Shown here piece by piece: positions 20,216-32,968 of a stretch of DNA of 60,875 nucleotides; position 1 is the stretch's first letter, and the number at the start of each line of letters is the position of its first letter. This DNA comes from Sandaracinaceae bacterium (GTDB taxonomy: Bacteria > Myxococcota_A > Polyangia > Polyangiales > Sandaracinaceae). A program made the translations under genes and the position numbers. The stretch covers positions 1 to 60,875 of the forward strand of contig JBGAQA010000038.1 in assembly GCA_044220955.1 (NCBI GenBank), given 5' to 3'. The notes under the pieces are model-generated. The model was not told the DNA's origin, ran no database searches, and saw nothing but the letters and a program-made list of their open reading frames with translations.

Positions 20216-21781
20216 TCACGCCGCTTCGCGCTGATCCGCGTCGCCGGGGGCGTCCGCGAGGCAGCGCACGGAGAACGACACGCGCGCGCCGCCTCCCTCG
20301 GGGCTCTCGACCCACGCGCGCCCGCCGTGAGCCTCCGCGATCCGCTTCACGAGCGCCAGGCCGATGCCGGAGCCGCGGACGCCGTCGTGGTCCTTGCTGC
20401 GCACGCGGAAGAAGCGCTCGAACACGCGCCGGTGGTGCTCCGGCGGGATCCCCGGGCCGTGGTCGCGGACCCGCAGGTACACGTGCCGCCGGCCTCGCTC
20501 GATCGTGACGTCGACCGCCGTGCCGCCGCCGTACTTCACGGCGTTGTCGATCAGGTTGAGCAGCGCGAGCAAGAGGGCTTGCTCGTCGAAGCGAGCGCGC
20601 GGGATCGCTCCCTTGGTCTCCACGCGGATCGTCGAGCCGGCGTCGAGGCGTGAGCGGTACGTGTCGACGGCCCGCGTCACGACCTCGGCGAGGTCGCCCT
20701 CGCGGAAGTCGTACGCCTCCTTGCCGCGCTCGATCGCCGAGAAGTCGAGCACGTTCTCGATCAGCGTGCTGAGCCTCTCCGACTCGCGCAGGATGGTCTC
20801 GAGGTACTGGCGCTTCTTGTCGTCGCGCACGCGCTCGGTGAGGAGCATCTCCGTGAACATGCGGACGACCGAGAGCGGCGTCTTCAGCTCGTGCGAGACG
20901 TTGGCGATGAACTCGCTGCGGAGCGCGTTCAGACGGCTCTCCTTCGTCGCGCCGTAGAGGAGGAAGCCCAAGCCCAGGAGCATGACGGCGAGCGAGAGGC
21001 CGATGAGCCCGGCCTCCGTGTACTGGCGCGTGGCGGTGCCCGCGCGAAGGGCGGGCGCGGCCTTGGGCGCGACCTGGATGCGCCAGCCGTAGAACGTCGT
21101 CGGGAACGTGCGGCCGACGAGGTAGTCGCCCGCGCGCGCCAGGCTCGGGCCGTAGACGAGGTGGTTCTCCTCGTCGACCACGTTCCAGCGCCGCTCCCGC
21201 TCCTCGGACGCGAAGATGTCGGGCAGGACGTTGCGGATCACGTACCCGGTGTCGTGGTGCGCGACCATGTACACGCGGCGGCCCTCGTGTCGCACCGCGC
21301 GATACGAGACGAGGTAGCTCTCGTCTCCGTAGCTGCGATGCAGGTGCCGCAGCTGGCCGACGGGCGCCGCGTGGAGCGCGAGGTCCGGCAGGATCTGCTC
21401 GGTGAGCGTCTTGACGAAGTCCTCGCGCTCCTCGGCGCTGCAGCGGCACCGGTCGGCCACCACGTTGCCGCCGTCGTCGAACATCACGAGGGCGCGCACG
21501 GACGGCGAGAGGCGCTCGGCGAGGGGCGGCCAGGCCTCCTCGAACGAGTGCGGATCGGCCGGGTCCATGAGCTGAAACACGGCCTCGTCGGCGTGGATCA
21601 CCATCTGCTCGATGCGGTCGACCTTCTCGTCGACGAGCAGGAGCGTCGTCGAGAGGACCGACTGCTCGGAGATCTGCGTGAGCTGGCGCGCGGACTGGAG
21701 CGAGTAGTACCCGAGCACGCCGGCCGCGACGAGCACGGCCGGGATCAGCACGAGGTAGATGAAGCGCCCGGACCAGTCCAT
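20216..21781 (-). CDS. Membrane sensor histidine kinase
   Basis: Two TM segments around a periplasmic domain; H-box NVSHELKTPL, NLIDNAVKY, DHGPGI, GSGIGL. Start ATG 21781. Confidence 0.95.
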   Translation of the reverse strand: MDWSGRFIYLVLIPAVLVAAGVLGYYSLQSARQLTQISEQSVLSTTLLLVDEKVDRIEQMVIHADEAVFQLMDPADPHSFEEAWPPLAERLSPSVRALVMFDDGGNVVADRCRCSAEEREDFVKTLTEQILPDLALHAAPVGQLRHLHRSYGDESYLVSYRAVRHEGRRVYMVAHHDTGYVIRNVLPDIFASEERERRWNVVDEENHLVYGPSLARAGDYLVGRTFPTTFYGWRIQVAPKAAPALRAGTATRQYTEAGLIGLSLAVMLLGLGFLLYGATKESRLNALRSEFIANVSHELKTPLSVVRMFTEMLLTERVRDDKKRQYLETILRESERLSTLIENVLDFSAIERGKEAYDFREGDLAEVVTRAVDTYRSRLDAGSTIRVETKGAIPRARFDEQALLLALLNLIDNAVKYGGGTAVDVTIERGRRHVYLRVRDHGPGIPPEHHRRVFERFFRVRSKDHDGVRGSGIGLALVKRIAEAHGGRAWVESPEGGGARVSFSVRCLADAPGDADQREAA

Positions 21782-21821
21782 TCGTCGAGGCGAGAGCGTA
21801 GCGCGAGCGCGAGAGGCTGCC

Positions 21822-22520
21822 TCAGCCGACCGTGCTGGGCGTGCAGCCTCTGAGCTCCGCGCCGATCGACGGCAGCACGCGACGCAGGGCCTCGTGGCGC
21901 ATCGCCTGCTGGCTCTCCTCGGGCAGCGGGGCGAGGTCGCAGTCGAGCGCGCGATCGATGAGCGCACGGCCCTGCTCGCACACCCACCGGGTGGCGCCGT
22001 CGATCGGGATCGAGGAGTCGAGCCGCGACGGCGCGCCCCCGCCTGCGATCACCGCGCCCGCGGTCGCGCCGCCGCGCGTGGCGATCTCCCATCGCAGGCG
22101 CGGGCCGGCCGGCGTACCCGTGCGCCGGATCGAGTACGCGGGGTACGCCGCGCCCTCGGCGCGGTGGATCGAGCGCGCGAGGCCGCACGCGAGGCAGCGC
22201 ACGTCGAGGTCCCAGGTACGGTAGTGGGGCGCCCCGATGCGGCTGACGCGGCGCTCGGCGCCTCGCACGAACTCGAGGGGCCCGGCGCGATGGGTGCCAG
22301 GACCCGACGGGCCCAGCGGCGCGTGTCCCGGGGCGGGAGCGCGCGGTCGCGGGATCGGCGGGGCGGGCGGGGACGGCGGCGCGGCTTCGGGCGGCGCGCC
22401 GCCGAGCGGCCGCGTCGCGCCGCAGGCCGGGCACGACTCGCGCGCATCGAGCCACTCGTCCGCGGCGTGCGTCATCGCCTGGAGCAGGGCCGACCCGACA
22501 CGCTCTTCGATCGTCGACAT
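21822..22520 (-). CDS. Hypothetical protein with two CxxC motifs and a Pro-rich insert
   Basis: CPACG and CLACG; GGAGG RBS before ATG 22520. Confidence 0.6.
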   Translation of the reverse strand: MSTIEERVGSALLQAMTHAADEWLDARESCPACGATRPLGGAPPEAAPPSPPAPPIPRPRAPAPGHAPLGPSGPGTHRAGPLEFVRGAERRVSRIGAPHYRTWDLDVRCLACGLARSIHRAEGAAYPAYSIRRTGTPAGPRLRWEIATRGGATAGAVIAGGGAPSRLDSSIPIDGATRWVCEQGRALIDRALDCDLAPLPEESQQAMRHEALRRVLPSIGAELRGCTPSTVG

Positions 22521-22621
22521 GGACCGCCTCCCATGGAGGCAGGATAGGGCGAAACCGAGTCGCACCGAAGACGCGTGCGAGAGATCTTGGCTGGCGGCCC
22601 GGGTTCGAACACCATATCGCG

Positions 22622-23998
22622 ATGCAACGTGCACTCGCAGGCTCGATCGCGATCGCTCTCTGGCTCGGCACCGGCTGCTCCGGCAGCAGTCCGCCCCCGG
22701 CCGACGACACCGGCGCCGTCCCCGCGGACGCGGGCCGTGACGCAGGTGCCGGGTCCGGCGACGCCGGCCGCGGCGACACGGGCGGCCCCGACATGGACGC
22801 CGCGCCGGGGAACGACGCCTTCGCCGCGTCGGATGCGTTCGTCGCCCCCGATGCGTTCGTGGCCGCGGACGCCGGCGGCGACGGCTGCGAGCTCACCGGC
22901 TACCCGACGCTCGATCTCGTGCCCGTCTCGGGCACGTTCCGCAACCCGCTGGCGGTCGTCGCCGTCCCTGGCTCGACCGACCTCTACGTCGCCGAGCACC
23001 GCGGCCGAATCCAGATCATGCACGCCGACGGCTCGAACGGCGGCCTCTTCCTCGACATCGGATCGGTGACCGGCGGCAGCACCGGGAGCGAACAAGGGCT
23101 GCTCGGCCTCGCGTTCCACCCGGACTACGCGACCAACGGCCTCTTCTACGTGTACTACGCCCCGGTCGGCGGCAGCACGAACGTCGTCGCGCTGGGTCAT
23201 CGCTCGGCCGCGGATCCGAACGTCGCCGATCCCACGGTCACGCCCATCCTCACGCTGACGGGTGACCGCTTCGGGAACCACAACGGCGGCAGCCTCGTGT
23301 TCGGCCCGGACGGGCTGCTCTACGTCGGCACCGGCGACGGTGGCAGCGGCGGCGATCCCGACGGCCACGGTCAGGACACGACGACCTGGTACGGCAAGAT
23401 CCTGCGCATCCGCGTCGGGCCTGGCATCGCGACCTACGAGTCGCCCGCGACCAACCCCTTCTTCGGCGGCGGCGGGCTTCCGGAGATCTACGCGTACGGC
23501 TTGCGCAATCCGTGGCGCTTCTCGTTCGATCGCCGCACGGGCGCGCTCTTCATCGGCGACGTGGGGCAGAACCTCTGGGAGGAGGTCGACGTCGACACGG
23601 ACGCGACGGGGGGCGACAACTACGGCTGGAACGTCTGCGAGGGGACGCACCCGTACGGTGGCGGTGCGTGCGCAGCGCTGAGCGCGCACCACGCCCCGGT
23701 CTTCGAGTACGCGCACTCGGGCGGCTTCTTCGGGGCCTCGGGCAACGCGTCGATCACCGGCGGCGTCGTGTACCGCGGCGCCGCGATCCCAGCGCTCAAC
23801 GGGACGTACCTCTTCGCGGAGGAGGTCACCTCCGACATCGGTGGCCTGCGCTACTGCGGCGGCGTCGCGCGTGACCCGCACGTCTTCACGGAGCTCTCGG
23901 GGGCCTGCCCGAACCCCGCGTCGTTCGGCGAGGACGCAGCCGGCAACGTCTACCTCGCCTGCGTCGGCGGCAACGTCATGCGTCTGATCGCCCCGTAG
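22622..23998 (+). CDS. PQQ-dependent glucose/sorbosone dehydrogenase family lipoprotein
   Basis: Lipobox LGTGC, DAG linker, EQGLLGLAFHP, NHNGG.L.FGPDG.LY...GDGG, GLRNPWRFSFD. Confidence 0.92.
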   Translation: MQRALAGSIAIALWLGTGCSGSSPPPADDTGAVPADAGRDAGAGSGDAGRGDTGGPDMDAAPGNDAFAASDAFVAPDAFVAADAGGDGCELTGYPTLDLVPVSGTFRNPLAVVAVPGSTDLYVAEHRGRIQIMHADGSNGGLFLDIGSVTGGSTGSEQGLLGLAFHPDYATNGLFYVYYAPVGGSTNVVALGHRSAADPNVADPTVTPILTLTGDRFGNHNGGSLVFGPDGLLYVGTGDGGSGGDPDGHGQDTTTWYGKILRIRVGPGIATYESPATNPFFGGGGLPEIYAYGLRNPWRFSFDRRTGALFIGDVGQNLWEEVDVDTDATGGDNYGWNVCEGTHPYGGGACAALSAHHAPVFEYAHSGGFFGASGNASITGGVVYRGAAIPALNGTYLFAEEVTSDIGGLRYCGGVARDPHVFTELSGACPNPASFGEDAAGNVYLACVGGNVMRLIAP

Positions 23999-24620
23999 AG
24001 GGCGCGTCGGTCACCCGGTAGGCGTGCGTGGCCCCCGCGACGCTCGTCTCGAGCGGCTCGAACGCGATCCCCGGGCGCGCGCCGACGGCGGCGCGGAAGG
24101 CGGCCGTCACGAGCACCTCCCCCGCCCTCGCGACGTCTTCGCCCAGCTTGCTCGCGGCGTTCACCTCCTGTCCGAACACGTCGCGGTCCCCGACGCGCAG
24201 CATCGGGCCGTACCCGATCCCGACGCAGAGCAACACCGTGTCCTCGGGCGCGCGGCCGCGGTTCACGTCCACCGAGCGCCGCTGCATCGCGAGCGCGCAC
24301 TCGAGCGCGTGCGCGGGGCTCTCGAAGAGCAGGAGCATGCTGTCGGCCTCTTCCTTCAGGAGCAGCCCGCCGTGGGCCGCGACCGCGGGATCGAAGACGC
24401 GCCGCTGCTCCCGGATCTCCTGGAGGAAGTGGATGATCCCGAACTCGGCCACCATGCGCGAGAAGCCCGAGAGGTCGGTGAACATGACCGCCCAGGTCTG
24501 ACCGAAGCGCTCCCAGATGCGTGCGTCCACGCGCGCGCGGTCCGCGCCCGGAGCGCGGCGCTCGTCGATGAGCCGCCAGAGCTCGGCCTCGGGGGGCGTC
24601 GGTGCCGCGCGGGGATCCAT
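23976..24620 (-). CDS. Small class III adenylate/guanylate cyclase
   Basis: MFTDLSGFS, LLKEEADS, GIGYG, DVFGQEVNAASKLG. Confidence 0.88.
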   Translation of the reverse strand: MDPRAAPTPPEAELWRLIDERRAPGADRARVDARIWERFGQTWAVMFTDLSGFSRMVAEFGIIHFLQEIREQRRVFDPAVAAHGGLLLKEEADSMLLLFESPAHALECALAMQRRSVDVNRGRAPEDTVLLCVGIGYGPMLRVGDRDVFGQEVNAASKLGEDVARAGEVLVTAAFRAAVGARPGIAFEPLETSVAGATHAYRVTDAPSTGRSDA

Positions 24621-24670
24621 GCGACGAGCCTACGGCCGCTCCGTCGCCGAGCAAGCTCGGGCGGAGCGTC

Positions 24671-25351
24671 TCAGCCGATCACGCGGTCGAGGTGCGCGCG
24701 GAGCCACCAGCCGAGCTGGCGCCGGCGCTGGAAGCCGGGGATCTGGCCCCACGTACGGAGCGCCTCGTCGAGGTCCTTCTTCGCGGCGTCCTTCTCCCCG
24801 AGCTTGCGGTGCGCGCGCGCCTTCTTCACGAGGCCCTCGACCGACGAGCTCGACTTCGAGAGGTAGCGGTCGTACGCGTCGATCGCCTCCTCGGTGCGGC
24901 CGAGCTGCATCAAGGCGTCTCCGGCGAGCAGGTAGGGCTCGCCGAAGCGCAGGCGCGGGTCGCGCTCGACGGACTGCACCAGCGGATCGAGCGCGTCGGC
25001 GTACTTCCCGCGCCGGTACGCCGCGAGGCCGGCGAGGAAGAGGAGCTCGGCGTCCTCGGGGAAGCGCTTGCGGGCGTCGGCGATCAGCTCCGCCGCGCGC
25101 CCCGGCCGGAGCCGGTCGAGGTAGATCATCGCGAGGTCGCGGCGCGCCGTGACGTTGGACGGGTTCGCCTCGATCTGGCGGCTCAGCGTGGAGATGCGGC
25201 CGAAGGTGCGGACGTAGACCCAGGGGTCGGGGATCCAGCGGCGCGCGAGGAACAGGAGACCGATGGGGATGAGCAGCCACGGGTTCTGGCTGACCAGGCC
25301 GATCACCATCATGGCGATCATGTAATAGAAGTACCCGTACCCGTAGCCCAT
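24671..25351 (-). CDS. Membrane-anchored TPR protein
   Basis: Hydrophobic/aromatic N-terminus (MGYGYGYFYYMIAMM...) followed by TPR-like helices; C-terminal part of track ORF 24671..27787. Confidence 0.82.
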   Translation of the reverse strand: MGYGYGYFYYMIAMMVIGLVSQNPWLLIPIGLLFLARRWIPDPWVYVRTFGRISTLSRQIEANPSNVTARRDLAMIYLDRLRPGRAAELIADARKRFPEDAELLFLAGLAAYRRGKYADALDPLVQSVERDPRLRFGEPYLLAGDALMQLGRTEEAIDAYDRYLSKSSSSVEGLVKKARAHRKLGEKDAAKKDLDEALRTWGQIPGFQRRRQLGWWLRAHLDRVIG

Positions 25352-25434
25352 GTTGCCCACGTCGCGCCCGCTCCGGCCTGCACCTACGAGCGCGCCGCTC
25401 GAATCTCCCCTCCGCGGCTCACGGTAGCACCGGG

Positions 25435-25478
25435 GCGAGAGCGAGCGCGAGCGCGAGAGCGAGGTCGAGAGCGAGCGC
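25435..25478. repeat. Degenerate GCGAGA/GCGAGC low-complexity intergenic repeat
   Basis: gcgagagcgagcgcgagcgcgagagcgaggtcgagagcgagcgc between divergent genes; same flavour as the 5453 tract. Confidence 0.65.
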
Positions 25479-25510
25479 CCTGGGGTTGCCCGCCGCGCTA
25501 TGCTCGCACA

Positions 25511-27088
25511 GTGGCCACCCGCTCCCGTCGCGTCGAGCTCGCCGTCGGCATCGGCGTCGTCGTCGCGGGCGCCTTGCTCGCGTACGCGATGCTGCTCGCC
25601 GAGGGCGTCGGCGTCCGCGACGAGCTGATGCTGGCGGCGCCCGACGCGGCGCGGCCCGGCGAGACCATCGCGCTTCGCGCGTACGCGTACCACGACCCCG
25701 ACGCGGTCGTGGGGCCCACGCCCGAGGAGGCCGACGTGGGCGTCGAGCTGCGGGACGGCGCGGGGCGCGTGCTCGTCGACGAGGTCTGGCTCACCCCGGG
25801 CGCCGGGACCTCCCGCGAGGGCTCGCTCGAGGTGCCGCGCGACGCGGTCGGCTCCCTCTACCTCGTCGCGCGCGCCCGCGACGCTCAGCACGTCCTCTGC
25901 ACCGTCGCCCGCCCGCTCGCGGTGTCCGACGACGCGCCGCCCGCCGCGCAGGCCGATCGCGAGGCCGCGCCGCTCTCGCACTTCTCGCTCGGGTCGCTCC
26001 TGCCCGTGACGCCGGCGATCCCGGGAGGCTCGTCCGTGGGGGCGCCCGGCCCGGAAGCTCCGGATCCGGCGGCTCCACCGCCACCGCCTCACGTCGAGAC
26101 GCTCGACGCGTGGGTCGTCGGCGGCATCTGCGTCCCCGAGGTCCGCTGCCTGCTGGCGGTGGACGTCGGCATGCTCGGCGTCGAGCCGCAGCTCACCGAG
26201 TGCGCCGGCGTCGAGCCGCTGCCGCCGCTGCCCGTCACCGGCGTGGCGACGCGATACTTCGTCGTCCCGCTCCTGGTCCACGGGCCGGAGGGGACGTGCA
26301 ACCTCACCGCCGTCTCGCTCACCGAGGGGTCGCGCGGCGCGCACGTCGCGTACCGCTCGATCCGGTTTCCGGTCGCGCTCGCCACGCCCTGCCTCGAGCT
26401 CGAGTCCTCGCTCGTCCCCGATGGCGTGGCGCGCTGGGCCGCCGTGGCGCCTCCGGGCCGCGACTACGTGGTGCTCGACGTGTTCGCCGCGGGCCGCTGG
26501 CGCAGCACGATCACGGTCCCGGCGCGCAGCGACCTGGCGGCGGCGACGACGTATGCCGATCTGGCCCTGCCGCCGCTCGCGCAGGGCGGCGCGTACACGC
26601 TGCAGGCGCGCTCGGATGCGCTGCCGACGAGCTACGTCGCCCCACGCATCCTCTACGTGAGCGGTCCGGACGCCGGCCCTCCCGAGGGGATCCCCGCCGA
26701 AGCGGCCGCCCGCGCCTTCGTGCTCGCCGCGCGCGAGCAGCACGGGCTCGTCCTGCCCGCGACCGTCAGCGGCCTGGCGGGCGACCGTGCTCGCCTCGAA
26801 GCGCAGAAGCGCAGGACGCGCACGATCGCGTTCTCCGGCATCGCCGTGGGGATCCTGCTCCTCGTCGTCGCCGTCCTGCGCCGCGGTCTCTCGGCGGACG
26901 CCGAGGCGCGCGCCGTCATGGTCGCCGCGGGCGTGCCGGGCGCCGACGACACGTCCGCCCGCCGCCGCGGTCGGCTCTCGGTGATCCTCATGGTGCTCGG
27001 GCTCGGGCTCGCGCTCGCGACCGGCGCGGCGCTCGTCGCCGCCCGCCAGCTCGCCGTGGACGCCTCCGAGTCGCCCGACCCCGGGTGA
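25511..27088 (+). CDS. Hypothetical membrane protein (N-terminal TM, MG2-like periplasmic region, two C-terminal TMs)
   Basis: GTG start after TATGCT. 'ARPGETIALRAYAY' resembles the macroglobulin MG2 'YRPGETV' strand; several Cys; C-terminal TMs. Confidence 0.7.
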   Translation: MATRSRRVELAVGIGVVVAGALLAYAMLLAEGVGVRDELMLAAPDAARPGETIALRAYAYHDPDAVVGPTPEEADVGVELRDGAGRVLVDEVWLTPGAGTSREGSLEVPRDAVGSLYLVARARDAQHVLCTVARPLAVSDDAPPAAQADREAAPLSHFSLGSLLPVTPAIPGGSSVGAPGPEAPDPAAPPPPPHVETLDAWVVGGICVPEVRCLLAVDVGMLGVEPQLTECAGVEPLPPLPVTGVATRYFVVPLLVHGPEGTCNLTAVSLTEGSRGAHVAYRSIRFPVALATPCLELESSLVPDGVARWAAVAPPGRDYVVLDVFAAGRWRSTITVPARSDLAAATTYADLALPPLAQGGAYTLQARSDALPTSYVAPRILYVSGPDAGPPEGIPAEAAARAFVLAAREQHGLVLPATVSGLAGDRARLEAQKRRTRTIAFSGIAVGILLLVVAVLRRGLSADAEARAVMVAAGVPGADDTSARRRGRLSVILMVLGLGLALATGAALVAARQLAVDASESPDPG

Positions 27089-27199
27089 GCGGGTCATCCC
27101 CTCGGACAGGGGAATCCGTCGAATGATCCGCGGCCTCCGTGCGTTGCGCGAGACAGGCCGAGCGCCTAGTCTGCGCCTCTCAATTTCCCCGAGAATCCG

Positions 27200-30550
<3,351 letters not shown>

Positions 30551-30620
30551 TCCCCCCGGGCGACTCGCGCGGCCGGCGCGGCGGTGCGCGCTCGGAACGA
30601 ACCTGGTAGCGTCGCCCCCC

Positions 30621-31025
30621 ATGGCACGCGTCACGGGCATCGGGGGCGTCTTCTTCAAGTCGAGCGGCGACCACTCCAAGCTCGCCGCTTGGTACAAGGA
30701 GCACCTCGGCATGGCGCTCGAGGAGTGGGGCGGTGCCATCCTGAGGTGGCCCGACGACGGGGCCGAGGACGGCGGGGTCACCGTCTGGCACGTCGCCAAG
30801 CGTGACACCGAGTGGTTCAGCCCCAGCGCCTCGAGCTTCATGATCAACTACCGCGTCGACGACCTCGTCGCGCTGCTCGGCCAGCTCGCGGCGGCCGGCA
30901 TCGTGCCCGTCAAGGGCCCGGAGTCGCACGAGAACGGCAAGTTCGCGTGGATCATGGATCCCGACGGCAACAAGGTGGAGCTCTGGCAGCCCATGAAGTG
31001 GGACGAGAAGAACAAGCAGGGGTAG
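30621..31025 (+). CDS. VOC/glyoxalase family protein
   Basis: MARVTGIGGVFFK, MINYRVDDL, GKFAWIMDPDGNKVELWQP. Confidence 0.92.
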   Translation: MARVTGIGGVFFKSSGDHSKLAAWYKEHLGMALEEWGGAILRWPDDGAEDGGVTVWHVAKRDTEWFSPSASSFMINYRVDDLVALLGQLAAAGIVPVKGPESHENGKFAWIMDPDGNKVELWQPMKWDEKNKQG

Positions 31026-31079
31026 CCGCGGATCCCGCCAGGACGAGCTCGCACCTCGCCGGACGCCGACCGCCGCCGC

Positions 31080-31466
31080 TCAGGGCGTCGGAGCTGCGCT
31101 CGCGACGTCGCGCGCGAGCAACACGAGGATGCGCTGGCGCCGCTCGTCGTGCGTGCCCGGGAGCTGGAACGCGCTCCACAGCGCCATCGCGCTCCCGCGC
31201 GAGACGACGAACGACTGAGAGCTGTCCGGGCCCCAGTCCATCACGCGCAGCGCGTCCGCCGTGCAGGTGAGCGCAGTGCCCGCGGTCACCGGCTCGCCGG
31301 AGGGCAGCAGGCCCAGCGCGGGGATGGGAACGACGTCCTCGAGCGTGTGACCCGCGCACGCGAGCGGGTTCCGCGATGGGGGCAGCGCGCTGCCAGGCCC
31401 CGGCGAGCCGCCACACGCGAGCGCCAGAGCCGTCGCAACCACCGCGAGATCGAAGCGGACGGCCAT
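31080..31466 (-). CDS. Small hypothetical lipoprotein
   Basis: MAVRFDLAVVATALALA-C lipobox; C-terminal part of track ORF 31080..32180. Confidence 0.6.
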   Translation of the reverse strand: MAVRFDLAVVATALALACGGSPGPGSALPPSRNPLACAGHTLEDVVPIPALGLLPSGEPVTAGTALTCTADALRVMDWGPDSSQSFVVSRGSAMALWSAFQLPGTHDERRQRILVLLARDVASAAPTP

Positions 31467-31516
31467 CGGTGGCCAAGCATAGAGGAAGCGCCGCCGCCCG
31501 GCGCGCCGCGGCGGGC

Positions 31517-32968
31517 TCAGGGCGCGACGAAGGTGCAGCGCGTGATCGGGAGCGCGACGTCGCGCTGCACGTAGAGGTAGTACGTCAGGCCGGAGGCGAG
31601 CGCCGGCGGCGGTCCGCTGGAGGGGACGCGCTGGTAGGCCGAGGGCGGCAGCTCCGCGTAGCGCATTCCGCAGCCGATCGGCGTCGACGTCGGCGGGACC
31701 GCGATGGCCCAGAGCGTCCCCTCGGGCAGGTCCCAGTTCGGCGGCACGCCGGGCGACTGCGCGTCGGCGCGCAGGACGCTCACGTAGCGCGCGGGGCCGC
31801 CGGTCCACCGGATCGTCCCGGCCTCGTCCAGTCCGACGCCGTCGGGGCAGGGGCCAGGCCGGTAGTCGATGAGGTCCCGGAAGAAGGGCGCGAAGGCCGG
31901 CAGCGTGCGCGCCTCGTCCGGCGTGACGCCGCGCCGCGCGAGCTCGCCCGTGAGGAACGCCTGGAGCCGCGAGACATCCGTCGTCGGAAGGCCCGTCGTG
32001 GAGCGATCGAACCCGTTGTTCTCGGCCGCAGGCAGGAAGCCGAAGGTGGTCGAGTCGGTCAGCCCCGCCAGCATCGCGAGCGCCTCGTCGGACACCGTGT
32101 CGATCCAGAGCGGCCCAGCCTCGGTGTCCCAGAGGGACGCTCCGGACGGCGTCCGCGACGCGGAGTGGCAGCACGTGCACGCCGATGCCTCCGCCTGGGT
32201 GCGCAGCCAGCGCAGCTCGCCCATGTAGCCGGCGTCGCCGAGGCGCGGATCGGCGGGATCGGTCGTGACGCGCGTGGGGCGCGGGTAGTACGGCCGCTGC
32301 GTGCGGACGACGTCGCAGCTCGCGTAGTCGGCGTAGCTCCGGCCTGGCTCGGTCGATCCCGAGATGATGGTGGGCGTGCAGACGCGGCCGCCCTCGCCGA
32401 CGCCCGCGGGCTCACCGGGCAGGGGGGGCCGGCAGTCGACGGACATGGGGATGAACGCGTCGGTGCTCTCCATCCCGGTCGGCTCGCAGCCGATGCAGAT
32501 CGCGCTCGGGCTGAACGTCCCTCGAGCGAACGTCTCGCAGGCTGACTGCGCGGGACCGCACGCGGCGGGTCCACCGCTGCTCACGATCGCGTAGCCGCTG
32601 CCGCCCGCCGAGCCGAGGGTGCCCACCGTGCAGACGCCGACCTGATCCGGGAACGAGCACCGCTGACCGACGGTGAGCGTGCCCGGACGATTGAGGAAGA
32701 CGCGCTCGCAGTCGGCCGCGGCGGCCTCGAGGCGCCAGCCCGGACCGCGGTACTCGCGGCACTCCGGCCGGCGGGCGAAGCTGTTCTCGTAGTCGCAGCG
32801 CGCGACGAAGGACGGGTCCGCGGGGCCCGCGTCGGGCGCGGCGCCGTCCGAGGCGGTCGGGCCTGCGTCGCGGGCGTCGTCGACGGCGGGGCCCGTCGGG
32901 CCGCATCCGAGCGCGAAGCAGGTCGCGAGCGCCGCAGCCTGCGCTCGCGAGAGGGATGATCTCCGCAT
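31517..32968 (-). CDS. Cys-rich lipoprotein with one CxxCH (possible c-type heme) motif
   Basis: Lipobox FALGC, many Cys, SACTCCHS. Start set at ATG 32968; alternative ATGs up to 32992 lie in an AT-rich promoter-like patch. Confidence 0.78.
   Translation of the reverse strand: MRRSSLSRAQAAALATCFALGCGPTGPAVDDARDAGPTASDGAAPDAGPADPSFVARCDYENSFARRPECREYRGPGWRLEAAAADCERVFLNRPGTLTVGQRCSFPDQVGVCTVGTLGSAGGSGYAIVSSGGPAACGPAQSACETFARGTFSPSAICIGCEPTGMESTDAFIPMSVDCRPPLPGEPAGVGEGGRVCTPTIISGSTEPGRSYADYASCDVVRTQRPYYPRPTRVTTDPADPRLGDAGYMGELRWLRTQAEASACTCCHSASRTPSGASLWDTEAGPLWIDTVSDEALAMLAGLTDSTTFGFLPAAENNGFDRSTTGLPTTDVSRLQAFLTGELARRGVTPDEARTLPAFAPFFRDLIDYRPGPCPDGVGLDEAGTIRWTGGPARYVSVLRADAQSPGVPPNWDLPEGTLWAIAVPPTSTPIGCGMRYAELPPSAYQRVPSSGPPPALASGLTYYLYVQRDVALPITRCTFVAP

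Noticed and set aside
27093..27118. Hairpin TCCCCT-cggac-AGGGGA upstream of secA as a secM-like attenuator
   Set aside because: Short stem with no U-tract and no arrest-peptide evidence; it cannot be distinguished from chance.
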